From Micavibrio sp. (lineage in GTDB: Bacteria > Pseudomonadota > Alphaproteobacteria > UBA9219), in assembly GCA_020718105.1 (NCBI GenBank), contig DYDA01000004.1:6124-70123 (forward strand): a DNA stretch of 64,000 nt, in the 5' to 3' direction. The notes under the pieces are model-generated. The model searched no databases. It was not told the DNA's origin and was given only the letters and a program-made list of their open reading frames with translations. Made by a program: the position numbers and the translations under genes. Shown here piece after piece: positions 37,997-48,132 of the stretch (position 1 is its first letter; each line of letters begins with the position of its first letter).

Positions 37997-39142
37997 TTGT
38001 TTCGTAAAAACGAACGTATTTCGCTGGCCTCAACCACGCAAAGCGTGGTCGGGGGGCTTGTTTTCGTTGTTGCTTTAAGCGCTTCATCATTGTGGGCGCA
38101 AGATAAGGCCCCCCCTTCTTTGACGATGTCTGTGCGCGCCGCTTTGGCTTCAGCGCAAAAAAGCAGTGGTGAGCCCTCAATTGATGCTGCCTCTAAGGGT
38201 TCAGAAAAAGCGGCGCCTACAACGGGGGGCATTGATTTGCCCGGAGCGCCTCCTTTAAGTGAATCTGTGGCAGATCAGCTCAATCTTGAACAACAGGCCG
38301 AAGAAGCCGCAGCGCGTGCAGCAGAAGAACAGCTTCAAAGAGAAGAAGATCATAATCGTAAATCGTATAAGCGTGCTTCGCAGGGGCTTTTGCCTTTATC
38401 GCCGGATCAAGTTCGTGATTTTATGCGAAAGCTGGAAACAACACAGGAATCGGCTATTCCACCTCATACAGGATCGCCCAAGGGCGAGGTTAAGGTTGTT
38501 GGCGTTTCGTTGGATCCTGGTGGTGAGCCTGCGCAAATTAATTTAGCGGCAGGCTACATTACGACAATTGACATCATTGATATAACAGGAGAGCCGTGGC
38601 CCATTCTTGATGTTGGTGTGGGGGGCAATTTTGAAGTGACCCCGACGCAAGCTGGTTCCCATGTTGTTCGCGTTGTTCCTTTGACGCGTTTTGGAACGGG
38701 CAATTTGTCCATCTTGCTTAAAGGCCTGTCAACGCCGATCATTTTCCGTCTGTCGTCTGGCGGGCCAACTTTTCATATGCGCTTTGATGCGCGTGTGCCC
38801 AGCCTTGGCCCCAACGCCAAGACCCCATTGATCGATCATCGTCGCAAAGGGCCTGTGGCGGGTGACGCTGTGCTTTCTATGATCCTTGAAAATGCGCCAC
38901 CGCCCGATGCCAAAAGACTTAAGGTTGGTGGTGTGGATGCAAGAACGATGGCGTGGCAAATTGGGGAGAGCGTTTATGTTCGTACGCCTCTGGCGCTTTT
39001 ATCACCGGCGTGGAATGCCAGTGCGTCATCGGCGGATGGAATGACGGCTTATGAAATTGGGAACGCTCCTGTTCTCTTAATGTCAGATAATGGCGCCATG
39101 ATACGCGCGCGCCTCATGCGGGAAGACGGCCATGACAAATAA
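37997..39142 (+). CDS. DotH/IcmK-like outer-membrane/periplasmic T4BSS core protein
   Basis: 381 aa (IcmK is 360 aa). Signal peptide ending SLWAQD. Position between DotI-like and DotG-like genes. TTG start in the ORF track. Confidence 0.5.
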   Translation: MFRKNERISLASTTQSVVGGLVFVVALSASSLWAQDKAPPSLTMSVRAALASAQKSSGEPSIDAASKGSEKAAPTTGGIDLPGAPPLSESVADQLNLEQQAEEAAARAAEEQLQREEDHNRKSYKRASQGLLPLSPDQVRDFMRKLETTQESAIPPHTGSPKGEVKVVGVSLDPGGEPAQINLAAGYITTIDIIDITGEPWPILDVGVGGNFEVTPTQAGSHVVRVVPLTRFGTGNLSILLKGLSTPIIFRLSSGGPTFHMRFDARVPSLGPNAKTPLIDHRRKGPVAGDAVLSMILENAPPPDAKRLKVGGVDARTMAWQIGESVYVRTPLALLSPAWNASASSADGMTAYEIGNAPVLLMSDNGAMIRARLMREDGHDK

Positions 39143-40631
39143 TACGGACGAGTTTGATCAGGATCAATTTGACTCCATGGATTCTCGCGAATCCTTTGGG
39201 GAGCCTGCGGAGGCTAAAAAGGGTTTTTTTGAAACGCTTAAGAATAAGCCTATTGTCAAATTGCTTATCATTATGGGTTTCGTCGGCGTTGCCTTGGCGG
39301 GGGCTTTAGGCTCTTTTACCAGCGCACCAGAAGCCCCTGCCTCTAATTTGGCAAAAGCGCCTGCCCTTAATGAGCCGCCGGGTGGATCGGCAACGCCGTT
39401 CTTTAATGAACAAAACGATAAAGCCAATGCGCAACGGGTTGGACAAGCTTTGACGGAAGGTGGAAGCGCGATACCAACGCCGAGCGGGCACGATGTTACC
39501 GATCTGACGGACAAAAGAAAGGATCCTTTGGTCGAGTTTAGGGCTGAGACTGAGCGCCTTAAGCAAGAGATGGCTGCGCAACAAAAACAAAACAACCAAC
39601 AACTTCAGCTTATGCAGCAGCAAATGCAAGTCAGTCAGCGCGGCGGCGGGGCTGAGGATGATTCTTTGGCAAAAGCTATGCAAAAACAAATGCAGCAATT
39701 GATGGAAGGATGGACTCCTGCGCGCGCAAAATTTGTTACAGGAACAACGCCCCCAGTCACAGAAACGCGTTTGCAACAAGAGGCCGCCCTGCAACAAAAG
39801 AACATGACTTCTGCGGGAGAAGTGGCGCCTGTGGCGAAAAAGGCCATCGTGCCAGCGGGAACGGTTAACTATGCCCAGCTTTTAACCGAAGCGAATTCGG
39901 ATGTTCCGGGGCCTATTTTGGCGCAGATATTGTCTGGCCCTCTTTCTGGGGGAAGGGCTATCGGTCAATTTAAGGTTATGAGTGACTATTTGGTTTTGAC
40001 CTTTAGCACGGTGACCCATAAGGGCAAAGAATATGCGATCAATGCCTTGGCTTTAGATCCCGATACGACTTTAGGCGGGATGGCAACAGAGGTTGATCAT
40101 CGCTACTTTACGCGTGTCCTTCTTCCTGCGGCGGGAGCGTTTGCTTCGGCTTTTGGTAAGGCTTTGAGCGAGACGGAGACCGAAACGACGGTTGTTGATG
40201 GAACCGTTATATCGGATCAAGCCAAAAAGGGAACCAAGGAGGCGTTGTACGCGGGGCTTGGCGAGGTCGGCGATACGGTGGCCGAGTTCCTTAAGAACGA
40301 AGCCAACAACACTAAAACGCTGGTTCGCGTTGCGGTTGGCACGCCGATGGGGATCTTTTTCTTGAGCTCTGTTACAGAATCAGGACAAAATCAACAAGGG
40401 GGCTATGGCGATAATTCTGGGGCGCTTAATGGAGCACAGCTGTTAAAGGGCTATCAACAAATGGGAGTCATGGGCGGAACCTCTTCAGGGGGCAACGGGT
40501 CTTATTATCCTTCCCAAGGCTACTCTTCTAATGGGCAATCTTACAGTCAAAGTCAGAAAAACCCCGTCATGAACAGCAAGTTGACGCCAGCCCAGATTCA
40601 AATGCTCAATTCTTTTTCAAGTGGGTATTGA
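39132..40631 (+). CDS. DotG/IcmE-like (VirB10/TrbI-domain) T4BSS core protein
   Basis: N-terminal cytoplasmic tail plus one TM. Gln-rich linker. C-terminal region with VirB10-like beta-barrel pattern (LVRVAVGTPMGIFF). Start overlaps the DotH-like stop. Confidence 0.5.
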   Translation: MTNNTDEFDQDQFDSMDSRESFGEPAEAKKGFFETLKNKPIVKLLIIMGFVGVALAGALGSFTSAPEAPASNLAKAPALNEPPGGSATPFFNEQNDKANAQRVGQALTEGGSAIPTPSGHDVTDLTDKRKDPLVEFRAETERLKQEMAAQQKQNNQQLQLMQQQMQVSQRGGGAEDDSLAKAMQKQMQQLMEGWTPARAKFVTGTTPPVTETRLQQEAALQQKNMTSAGEVAPVAKKAIVPAGTVNYAQLLTEANSDVPGPILAQILSGPLSGGRAIGQFKVMSDYLVLTFSTVTHKGKEYAINALALDPDTTLGGMATEVDHRYFTRVLLPAAGAFASAFGKALSETETETTVVDGTVISDQAKKGTKEALYAGLGEVGDTVAEFLKNEANNTKTLVRVAVGTPMGIFFLSSVTESGQNQQGGYGDNSGALNGAQLLKGYQQMGVMGGTSSGGNGSYYPSQGYSSNGQSYSQSQKNPVMNSKLTPAQIQMLNSFSSGY

Positions 40632-40825
40632 TTTGTGGCAGGGGGCTGTTTTGTTCGTGGTGCGAAACATAAAATAGCTTCAATCTGACCCTAAGATGGT
40701 TTATCGTGAGCTCCTGTTTTTGAAGGGGTCTTCCTTGCTTGCCTGTGTGGGGCGAGGAGGGGGTATCTTAAAGAGTTGGGAAAGCTCTGCGGACTTGCTT
40801 AAGTAGTGTATGAAAGGGATCTGTT

Positions 40826-42103
40826 ATGACGGATAAACCAACAGAAACAGGGGAAGACCTGTCTCTTCAAGATGACTTTTCTCCAAGCGATTCATCAACG
40901 GAAGCATGGCAAGATGCCCTTCCCCCTGAAGATGATTTTCATGATCAGGACGAGGGAGCCGAAGAAATTCTTGATGAAATGGTAGAAGAGGCCACCAAGC
41001 AAGAGGGCGGTGACCCGCCCAAACGTGGACGCGGCGTTTTGATGGGAGCCTTGGGCGTTGGGGCTCTTCTTATCGGAGGCTTGGCTTATCTTCAGTTTGG
41101 CTCTTCGACAAAAGACGACGGGCTAAAGGTGATGCCCGTTTCGAATGTCATGAATATAAAAGAAATTAAGAGCGCCCCTGGTCCTAAAGAGGATCCTTTG
41201 GCTAAAAAAGAGCAACCGCTTGATGCCACAGGCAAGGTTGATATGACCGCTATTTTTCATCAGGCACAAAAGAAGGTGACGACGGGCGGAACGATGGCTC
41301 TTCCCATTAAAGAGGGGGAAAAGCTTCCAACGGAACGCCCAGAGTCCGTTGAGAAAAACACTGAGATTTTATCGTCAAGCGATAATGGGGGCTTGCCGTC
41401 TTTGCCTCCAACGCCTGCTCCCCTTTCTGGGACACAGGCTGTTCAAGAGCTTAAAGTTGAAACGCTTCCTGTCAAAAAAGAGGAAATTAAAGCGCTTTCT
41501 ACGGGGGCGCCGCAAGTCGCTTGGGAAGAACGCATAAACGAAATGACGGCCAAGGTCGAAACCTTAAAAGGAGAACTGGATCGTTCTTTGCAACAGAATG
41601 CACAACTTGTATCGCAAGTGGAAACATTGAAAAAAGCAACGGCTTTGTCACAAGAGGCGGCTTTGCGAGAACAGGTTGCTCAGCTTGAGCAAAAACTGGC
41701 CGCAAAAGACAAAAAACAAGAAAACGCCTCTCTTCTTTTAGAAGGGAAGGGCGAGAATGCCGTTGGTCAGGCCGATGTTGTTTCGGGGGATGAATCTTCC
41801 CCTCCTGCGCCCATGATTGCCTTAGATGGGGTAAAGAAAAAGGAAAAGGCCTCTTCTCAAAAAACACGCACCAAGACGTCAGCAAAAAAAGCAACCAAGA
41901 AAAAAGCGCCACCCGCCCCCTCCTCTTCTTGGGTGCTTCGTGCGGCGACGCCTGATGCGGCTTGGGTTTCTTCTGGTTCAGAAAGCCAAGAATTGCGCCG
42001 TGTCGCTGTAGGGGAAACGCTGCAGGGGCTTGGGAAAGTAAAAGAAATTCGTCAAAATGGTGAAAAGTGGGAGGTTGTCGGAGAAAAAGGAACGCTTCGC
42101 TAG
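40826..42103 (+). CDS. DotF/IcmG-like bitopic coiled-coil protein (tentative)
   Basis: Acidic N-terminus, single TM (GVLMGALGVGALLIGGLAYL), long coiled-coil and Lys-rich region. Occupies the icmG position of the cluster. Confidence 0.35.
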   Translation: MTDKPTETGEDLSLQDDFSPSDSSTEAWQDALPPEDDFHDQDEGAEEILDEMVEEATKQEGGDPPKRGRGVLMGALGVGALLIGGLAYLQFGSSTKDDGLKVMPVSNVMNIKEIKSAPGPKEDPLAKKEQPLDATGKVDMTAIFHQAQKKVTTGGTMALPIKEGEKLPTERPESVEKNTEILSSSDNGGLPSLPPTPAPLSGTQAVQELKVETLPVKKEEIKALSTGAPQVAWEERINEMTAKVETLKGELDRSLQQNAQLVSQVETLKKATALSQEAALREQVAQLEQKLAAKDKKQENASLLLEGKGENAVGQADVVSGDESSPPAPMIALDGVKKKEKASSQKTRTKTSAKKATKKKAPPAPSSSWVLRAATPDAAWVSSGSESQELRRVAVGETLQGLGKVKEIRQNGEKWEVVGEKGTLR

Positions 42104-42132
42104 TCCCTATTCATTGGGCGAATGAGAAAAAA

Positions 42133-42157
42133 GAGGGGGCTTGCGCCCTCTTTTTTT
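42133..42157 (+). terminator. rho-independent terminator candidate after the DotF-like gene
   Basis: GAGGGGGCttgcGCCCTC stem followed by TTTTTTT. Confidence 0.4.
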
Positions 42158-42290
42158 GTCTCGAAATTAAACAGGTTTTTAATTGTTTAAGGCACAATGG
42201 ATATGAGAGAATGCGCTATAAGGCGCTGTTTTTTGAAAAGGTGAAGCGGAAGATGTGGTGTCTCCCCCCCTTTTGTCGCGGAGCAAGAAC

Positions 42291-43235
42291 ATGGGTTTGA
42301 AAATGGATAAAAAATATTCAAAAGGAACTTATTTCTTTCCTTTTTTTGTCGCGCTCTTTTTTCATCCCAGCAGTGTTTGGGCACAAAACACTTTGGGAAC
42401 CCTTCTTTGTAATGCAAAGGATGCGGGGACATCCTATCCCCTCATTCTTAATGCCATCGCCTATATTGCGGGCGCTTTTTTGACGGTGCGTGCCGTTCTT
42501 TTATTTAAAAGACATGCCGAAAATCCAAACCAATCTCAAATCGTTGCGGGGGTGGCGCATGCTGTCGGCGCGGCTTTTCTTCTTTCCTTGCCTCTCTTTG
42601 CGGGCGTTATTCAGGAATCTATTTTAGGAAGTGTTACGGGCACATGGGATGGCGCCTGTACGGAAGGCGGTGTTGTCAGCGCAAGCGCCCTTGATGTCAT
42701 GATGCAAAACCTTGTGACGAATATTCATGGGCCGATGTTTAAATTGCTGTCGATGCTCAGCGTGATCATCGGCCTGACGTTTATTGTAAAGGGATTGTTT
42801 GCCGGTGTTAAAACGGGCACGGACCCGCGCGCCTCTAGCCCCAAGACCATCATTGTCAATTTGGTTATTGGGGCGGTTCTGATTTCAATAGGGGGCGTGC
42901 TGAATGACCTTCTCCTAACGATTTTTGGCGGAACAACGGCTTCTCCCAGCAATATGAGAAACTTTTCTGGCATTGCCTGGTCCACTTTTGTTGGATCGGG
43001 CGTTGATACCATCGCTGCCGATAATACGGTGAAGGCGATTTTGGCCTTTATTCAAATTATTGGGGGCATTGCTTTTCTTCGGGGCTGGCTGATTGTTAAA
43101 GCTGCGGTTGAAGGCGGGGGGCAGGCGACGATCCCTCAAGGTGTTACCCATATCGTTGGGGGCGCGATGGCTGTTAATATCGATGTCATGCTTAAAATCA
43201 TCGATAATACGTTTGGAACGGGGATCATTAATTAG
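42291..43235 (+). CDS. DotE/IcmC-family polytopic membrane protein (tentative)
   Basis: Signal peptide plus at least four TM helices. Shares the YxLILNAIxYIxGAFxxVxAxLxxKRHAENP motif with the next gene, as the IcmC/IcmD paralogs do. Much longer than Legionella IcmC. Confidence 0.35.
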   Translation: MGLKMDKKYSKGTYFFPFFVALFFHPSSVWAQNTLGTLLCNAKDAGTSYPLILNAIAYIAGAFLTVRAVLLFKRHAENPNQSQIVAGVAHAVGAAFLLSLPLFAGVIQESILGSVTGTWDGACTEGGVVSASALDVMMQNLVTNIHGPMFKLLSMLSVIIGLTFIVKGLFAGVKTGTDPRASSPKTIIVNLVIGAVLISIGGVLNDLLLTIFGGTTASPSNMRNFSGIAWSTFVGSGVDTIAADNTVKAILAFIQIIGGIAFLRGWLIVKAAVEGGGQATIPQGVTHIVGGAMAVNIDVMLKIIDNTFGTGIIN

Positions 43236-43440
43236 GGCGTTAATTAAATCCTTGTTAAGAAATACATAGGACAATAAGGGAAAGGACAAGCTTCTAAAAA
43301 CATTGAAAGTAATCAGGAGGCTGTTGATACCGAAAGAAAGTTGATGTAGCCTTACCTTTATGGCAAAGGCAGAATTCAACAAGAACGCAAGACCCTTTTA
43401 CCAAAGGGATAAGGCAACTTTTTATAACCAGGAGGAAACG

Positions 43441-43827
43441 ATGAAAAAAAGCGTATTGATGGGCGAAATGTTCAAGTGGGGCGTTCTTACGGCGATCATT
43501 GCCGTGGCTATGCCAGAGCTGGTGTCGGCACAAACGGGGGTTAATGCTTTGCTCACTGATGTGACCCAAGAGCAGCTGCCTGTGTTCCCCTATATTTTGA
43601 ATGCCGTTTGTTATGTCGGCGGTGCCTTTATGATGGTTTCGGGTGCTTTGAGCCTTAAGAAACATGCGGAAAACCCAACCAGTGAGCCTATGTCTAAGGG
43701 CATTGCGCGTCTTCTTACGGGTGGCGCTATTACGGCCGTTCCGACGCTAACAAAAGTTTTACAAGAAACTGTTTTTACGGCAACCTCTGGGCCTGCCGAC
43801 TACACAGGGTTTACGCCATCTTTTTAA
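43441..43827 (+). CDS. DotP/IcmD-like small membrane protein
   Basis: 128 aa from ATG 43441 with an AGGAGG RBS (IcmD is 132 aa). Signal peptide. Paralogous core PYILNAVCYVGGAFMMVSGALSLKKHAENP. Confidence 0.4.
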   Translation: MKKSVLMGEMFKWGVLTAIIAVAMPELVSAQTGVNALLTDVTQEQLPVFPYILNAVCYVGGAFMMVSGALSLKKHAENPTSEPMSKGIARLLTGGAITAVPTLTKVLQETVFTATSGPADYTGFTPSF

Positions 43828-43839
43828 CAAGAGGGTTTC

Positions 43840-44538
43840 TTGACCTTTCTATCCCTTTCTCTTGGCGTCGGGCAGCGGCTTGACGCCAAGGGGACGGTTT
43901 CAAAGAATAGTGTTCCGTCCAAGGGCCAGTTTGAAAAAACGCTTGGACGCGATTCTTTTTCTTGCCGTTGCTGCGGGTTCACTTCCCCAAAATACCAACG
44001 CGTTCTTTCCGTGAGCGCCCTTTCTTCGGGAAAGGGTGGCGGGGAGGATTTTGTGGCGGTCTGTTCCTTTTGTGAGCTGACGGCAACGCTTGACCGTGCG
44101 GGCCAGACAGCGGCGGGTTATGTGATCTGGTTGCCTGAGCTATCGCAAGGCGATCTCAACCACGTTATGCACGCGCTTTATATTGCGCGCGAAAGCGCCC
44201 ATGCTGAATTATCCAAAGCGGCCTCTCGCACCTTGGATGTTTTGACGGCAAGGCGGGCTGAGGCCAAGAAGCGGCTGGGCACGGATGATCCTTTGATTTT
44301 TGCCACGGCTCTTTTAGAGCAGGTGGAGCCAGCCCATGATGCCGCACGAGCGGCGCGGTTAGAGGGGCTTCGTTTTTTGCCGCTTGATCGTTACTTTGTT
44401 CCCGTTCGCGGCAAAGAAACCAACGTATTTCCGCAAATGCTGGCCTATTGGGCCTCTGCCGAAGGCCCTTACGGAAAGCTGCCTGTTGAGCAGTGGACGG
44501 CGCTGTTTGATGATGTGACCGCAAAAGCTGGCGCGTAA
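43840..44538 (+). CDS. DotN/IcmJ-like Cys-rich cytoplasmic protein (tentative)
   Basis: 232 aa (IcmJ is 208 aa). Cys clusters CRCCGF and CSFCEL. Occupies the icmJ position after the icmC/icmD-like genes. TTG start with AAGAGGG RBS. Confidence 0.35.
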   Translation: MTFLSLSLGVGQRLDAKGTVSKNSVPSKGQFEKTLGRDSFSCRCCGFTSPKYQRVLSVSALSSGKGGGEDFVAVCSFCELTATLDRAGQTAAGYVIWLPELSQGDLNHVMHALYIARESAHAELSKAASRTLDVLTARRAEAKKRLGTDDPLIFATALLEQVEPAHDAARAARLEGLRFLPLDRYFVPVRGKETNVFPQMLAYWASAEGPYGKLPVEQWTALFDDVTAKAGA

Positions 44539-44598
44539 TGCCAACGGCCATAATGATTGCCCTATGGGCGACAAACACTCAACGTCAGCCTTCCTTCT

Positions 44599-44806
44599 TT
44601 CGTCATCCCGCACGAAGCCTTGCGCGAAGCGCGCTAGGCGAAGATGCGGGACCCAGGGGGCTGGGGACGATGCCGTGGTTATTGCGGCAAGAAAAAAGCT
44701 TTTCAGCTGGGTCCCGCATCTTCGTCCCGCTATAGCTGATCCCACTGCTGTCCGGCATAGTCCGAAGGACGAAGACGGAAGGGCGTAGAGGGGTGCGGGA
44801 TGACGA
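44599..44806. repeat. MITE-like element with 15-bp terminal inverted repeats
   Basis: TTCGTCATCCCGCAC (44599-44613) is the reverse complement of GTGCGGGATGACGAA (44792-44806). Internal inverted pair GAAGATGCGGGACCCA / TGGGTCCCGCATCTTC. A-rich centre. Confidence 0.6.
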
Positions 44807-44832
44807 AGCATGGGGGAGGAGGCATTTCCCAT

Positions 44833-44866
44833 AAAAAACCCCTCGGATTTCTCCAAGGGGTTTTTC
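44833..44866 (-). terminator. rho-independent terminator downstream of groEL (bidirectional hairpin)
   Basis: AAAAAACCCCTCGGAtttctCCAAGGGGTTTTT. Read on the minus strand it is a stem followed by TTTTTTAT, ~35 nt after the groEL stop. Confidence 0.5.
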
Positions 44867-44898
44867 TTTGCCTTAGGGGCAATGCGTGGAACGGGGGA

Positions 44899-46664
<1,766 letters not shown>

Positions 46665-46985
46665 TTATTTCTTGCAGCCGCACTTGCCGGATGCGCACTT
46701 ATCAATCACGCCCATAATGTCGGACTCTTTCATGATAAGCAGGTCTTGGCCGTCAATCTTGACTTCTGTGCCAGACCATTTGCCAAACAGAATGCAGTCG
46801 CCAGCCTTAACGTCCAAGGCCACGATCTTGCCTTGCTCATCCCGCGCACCGGGGCCAACGGCGACGACTTCGCCTTCCATGGGCTTTTCTTTGGCTGTGT
46901 CGGGGATAATAATGCCGCCAGCGGTCTTGGCTTCGCTTTCAAGGCGGCGAACCACGACGCGGTCATGCAGAGGACGAAATTTCAT
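46665..46985 (-). CDS. groES: co-chaperonin GroES with Cys-rich C-terminal extension
   Basis: [29 protein letters not shown] is the canonical GroES sequence. The extra C-terminal tail [12 protein letters not shown] is absent from typical ~95-aa GroES. Confidence 0.9.
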   Translation of the reverse strand: MKFRPLHDRVVVRRLESEAKTAGGIIIPDTAKEKPMEGEVVAVGPGARDEQGKIVALDVKAGDCILFGKWSGTEVKIDGQDLLIMKESDIMGVIDKCASGKCGCKK

Positions 46986-47011
46986 CGGTCTTGCTCCTTA
47001 CTAAGTTGTTG

Positions 47012-47029
47012 GCTGAGGCTAAAGCCTCA
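47012..47029 (-). promoter_or_regulatory. perfect hairpin in the groES 5' UTR (not a CIRCE match)
   Basis: CTGAGGCTaaAGCCTCAG lies ~27 nt upstream of the groES ATG, just 5' of the AAGGAG RBS. Confidence 0.3.
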
Positions 47030-47396
47030 GGATGCTCAATCGCTTTTATTTCTTTTTCCGTTTCATATCCGAAATGGAAAAAGAGGGACAGAAGGCAGGC
47101 CTAGGCTTAGCCTTGTTTCTGACTGGACTCATGTAAGCGCTTTGAAGGGCTGTTTCAAGGCTTGTTAATAAATAATTTACGGTTTGCCATCGTGTCCCTA
47201 TTGCCTCCTTCTTTGTTATAAAAAAGAGCGCATCAAGCGAGGCATGTTAACCATGCTGCGGGATCATTCCGTCTATATGGGGGACAGGTCACACGTAGAA
47301 GGCCTCTCCTTTGCGTTAGGATGAGGCTGGGTGCGTTATTTTGAGGGCTCGGCTGGGGTAGTAGCGCAGGAACTTTCCAAGCGCTCTGGGACGCTT

Positions 47397-47858
47397 CTAT
47401 GAGGTCACCTCTGTTTGCCTGATCGCTTCTCCCAAAACCATGGCAGCGGCAAGGGCGACGTTAAGGGATCGAAGCCCTTTGGCCATGGGGATGGTGACGC
47501 GGGCGCTTACGGCATCATGGACGGCATCGGGGACTCCCGCACTTTCTCTACCCACCATCAGGATATCATCGGGGCGATATGAAAAGGAGGTGTAGGGAAC
47601 GGCGGCTTTGGTGGTGAGCAAGACGATGCGCCGCTCTGTGCTTGCCGCTTGAAACGTCGCCCAATCCCTGTGGCGCGTGTAGTCGATATGGTCGATATAA
47701 TCCATAGCGACGCGGTGCAGACGTTTATCGTCCCAGATAAAGCCGCAGGGCTCGATGATATCAAGGCTGATGCCAAGGCACGCGCCAAGGCGCATCATAG
47801 AGCCTGTGTTGGTCGGCATGTCAGGCTGGTAAAGGGCAAGGCGAAGAGAGGTGGACAT
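47397..47858 (-). CDS. trmL: tRNA (cytidine/uridine-2'-O)-methyltransferase TrmL (SpoU family)
   Basis: LRLALYQPDMPTNTGSMMRLGACLG matches the TrmL N-terminus (SPOUT knot, NTG motif). 153 aa. Confidence 0.8.
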   Translation of the reverse strand: MSTSLRLALYQPDMPTNTGSMMRLGACLGISLDIIEPCGFIWDDKRLHRVAMDYIDHIDYTRHRDWATFQAASTERRIVLLTTKAAVPYTSFSYRPDDILMVGRESAGVPDAVHDAVSARVTIPMAKGLRSLNVALAAAMVLGEAIRQTEVTS

Positions 47859-47933
47859 AAGTTTTTAATCCGGTAAAGTTGAAGGAGTATACCTAAAACA
47901 GTTCAAAAGGTGGAAAAGGCAAGCACACTCAAT

Positions 47934-48074
47934 CACCCTCCCCTTGCGGGAGGGTCGGAAAACGCGTGAGCGTTTTTCGGGGAGGGGTCGTTTTTCATTG
48001 TGTTTTGACCCCTCCCCAAGATTTTTTCTCCCTACGGGATCAAAAATCTTGTGCCCTCCCGCAAGGGGAGGGCG
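47934..48074. repeat. compound palindromic element (five hairpins) with terminal inverted repeats
   Basis: Terminal hairpins CCCTCCCcttgcGGGAGGG (47936-) and CCCTCCCgcaagGGGAGGG (-48072) are mutually inverted. Internal stems GGGGAGGGGTC...GACCCCTCCCC (11 bp) and AAGATTTTT...AAAAATCTT (9 bp). Confidence 0.6.
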
Positions 48075-48132
48075 ATTTTAGTGCCAACTCTTCATTCACG
48101 ATGGGTCTATAGCTTAACGGACAGGACAAGCG

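Noticed and set aside
39164-39847. Minus-strand ORFs (39164-39595, 39306-39797, 39635-39847) inside the DotG-like gene
   Set aside because: Antisense to the Gln-rich and low-complexity region of DotG. Composition-driven.
44538-44856. Small ORFs 44538-44735 +, 44564-44788 +, 44359-44856 - downstream of the DotN-like gene
   Set aside because: They coincide with the TIR-bounded palindromic element and the groEL terminator and are read-through of repeat sequence.
46986-47396. CIRCE (HrcA) operator upstream of groES
   Set aside because: TTAGCACTC-N9-GAGTGCTAA or close variants were looked for and not found. Only an unrelated 8-bp perfect hairpin is present.
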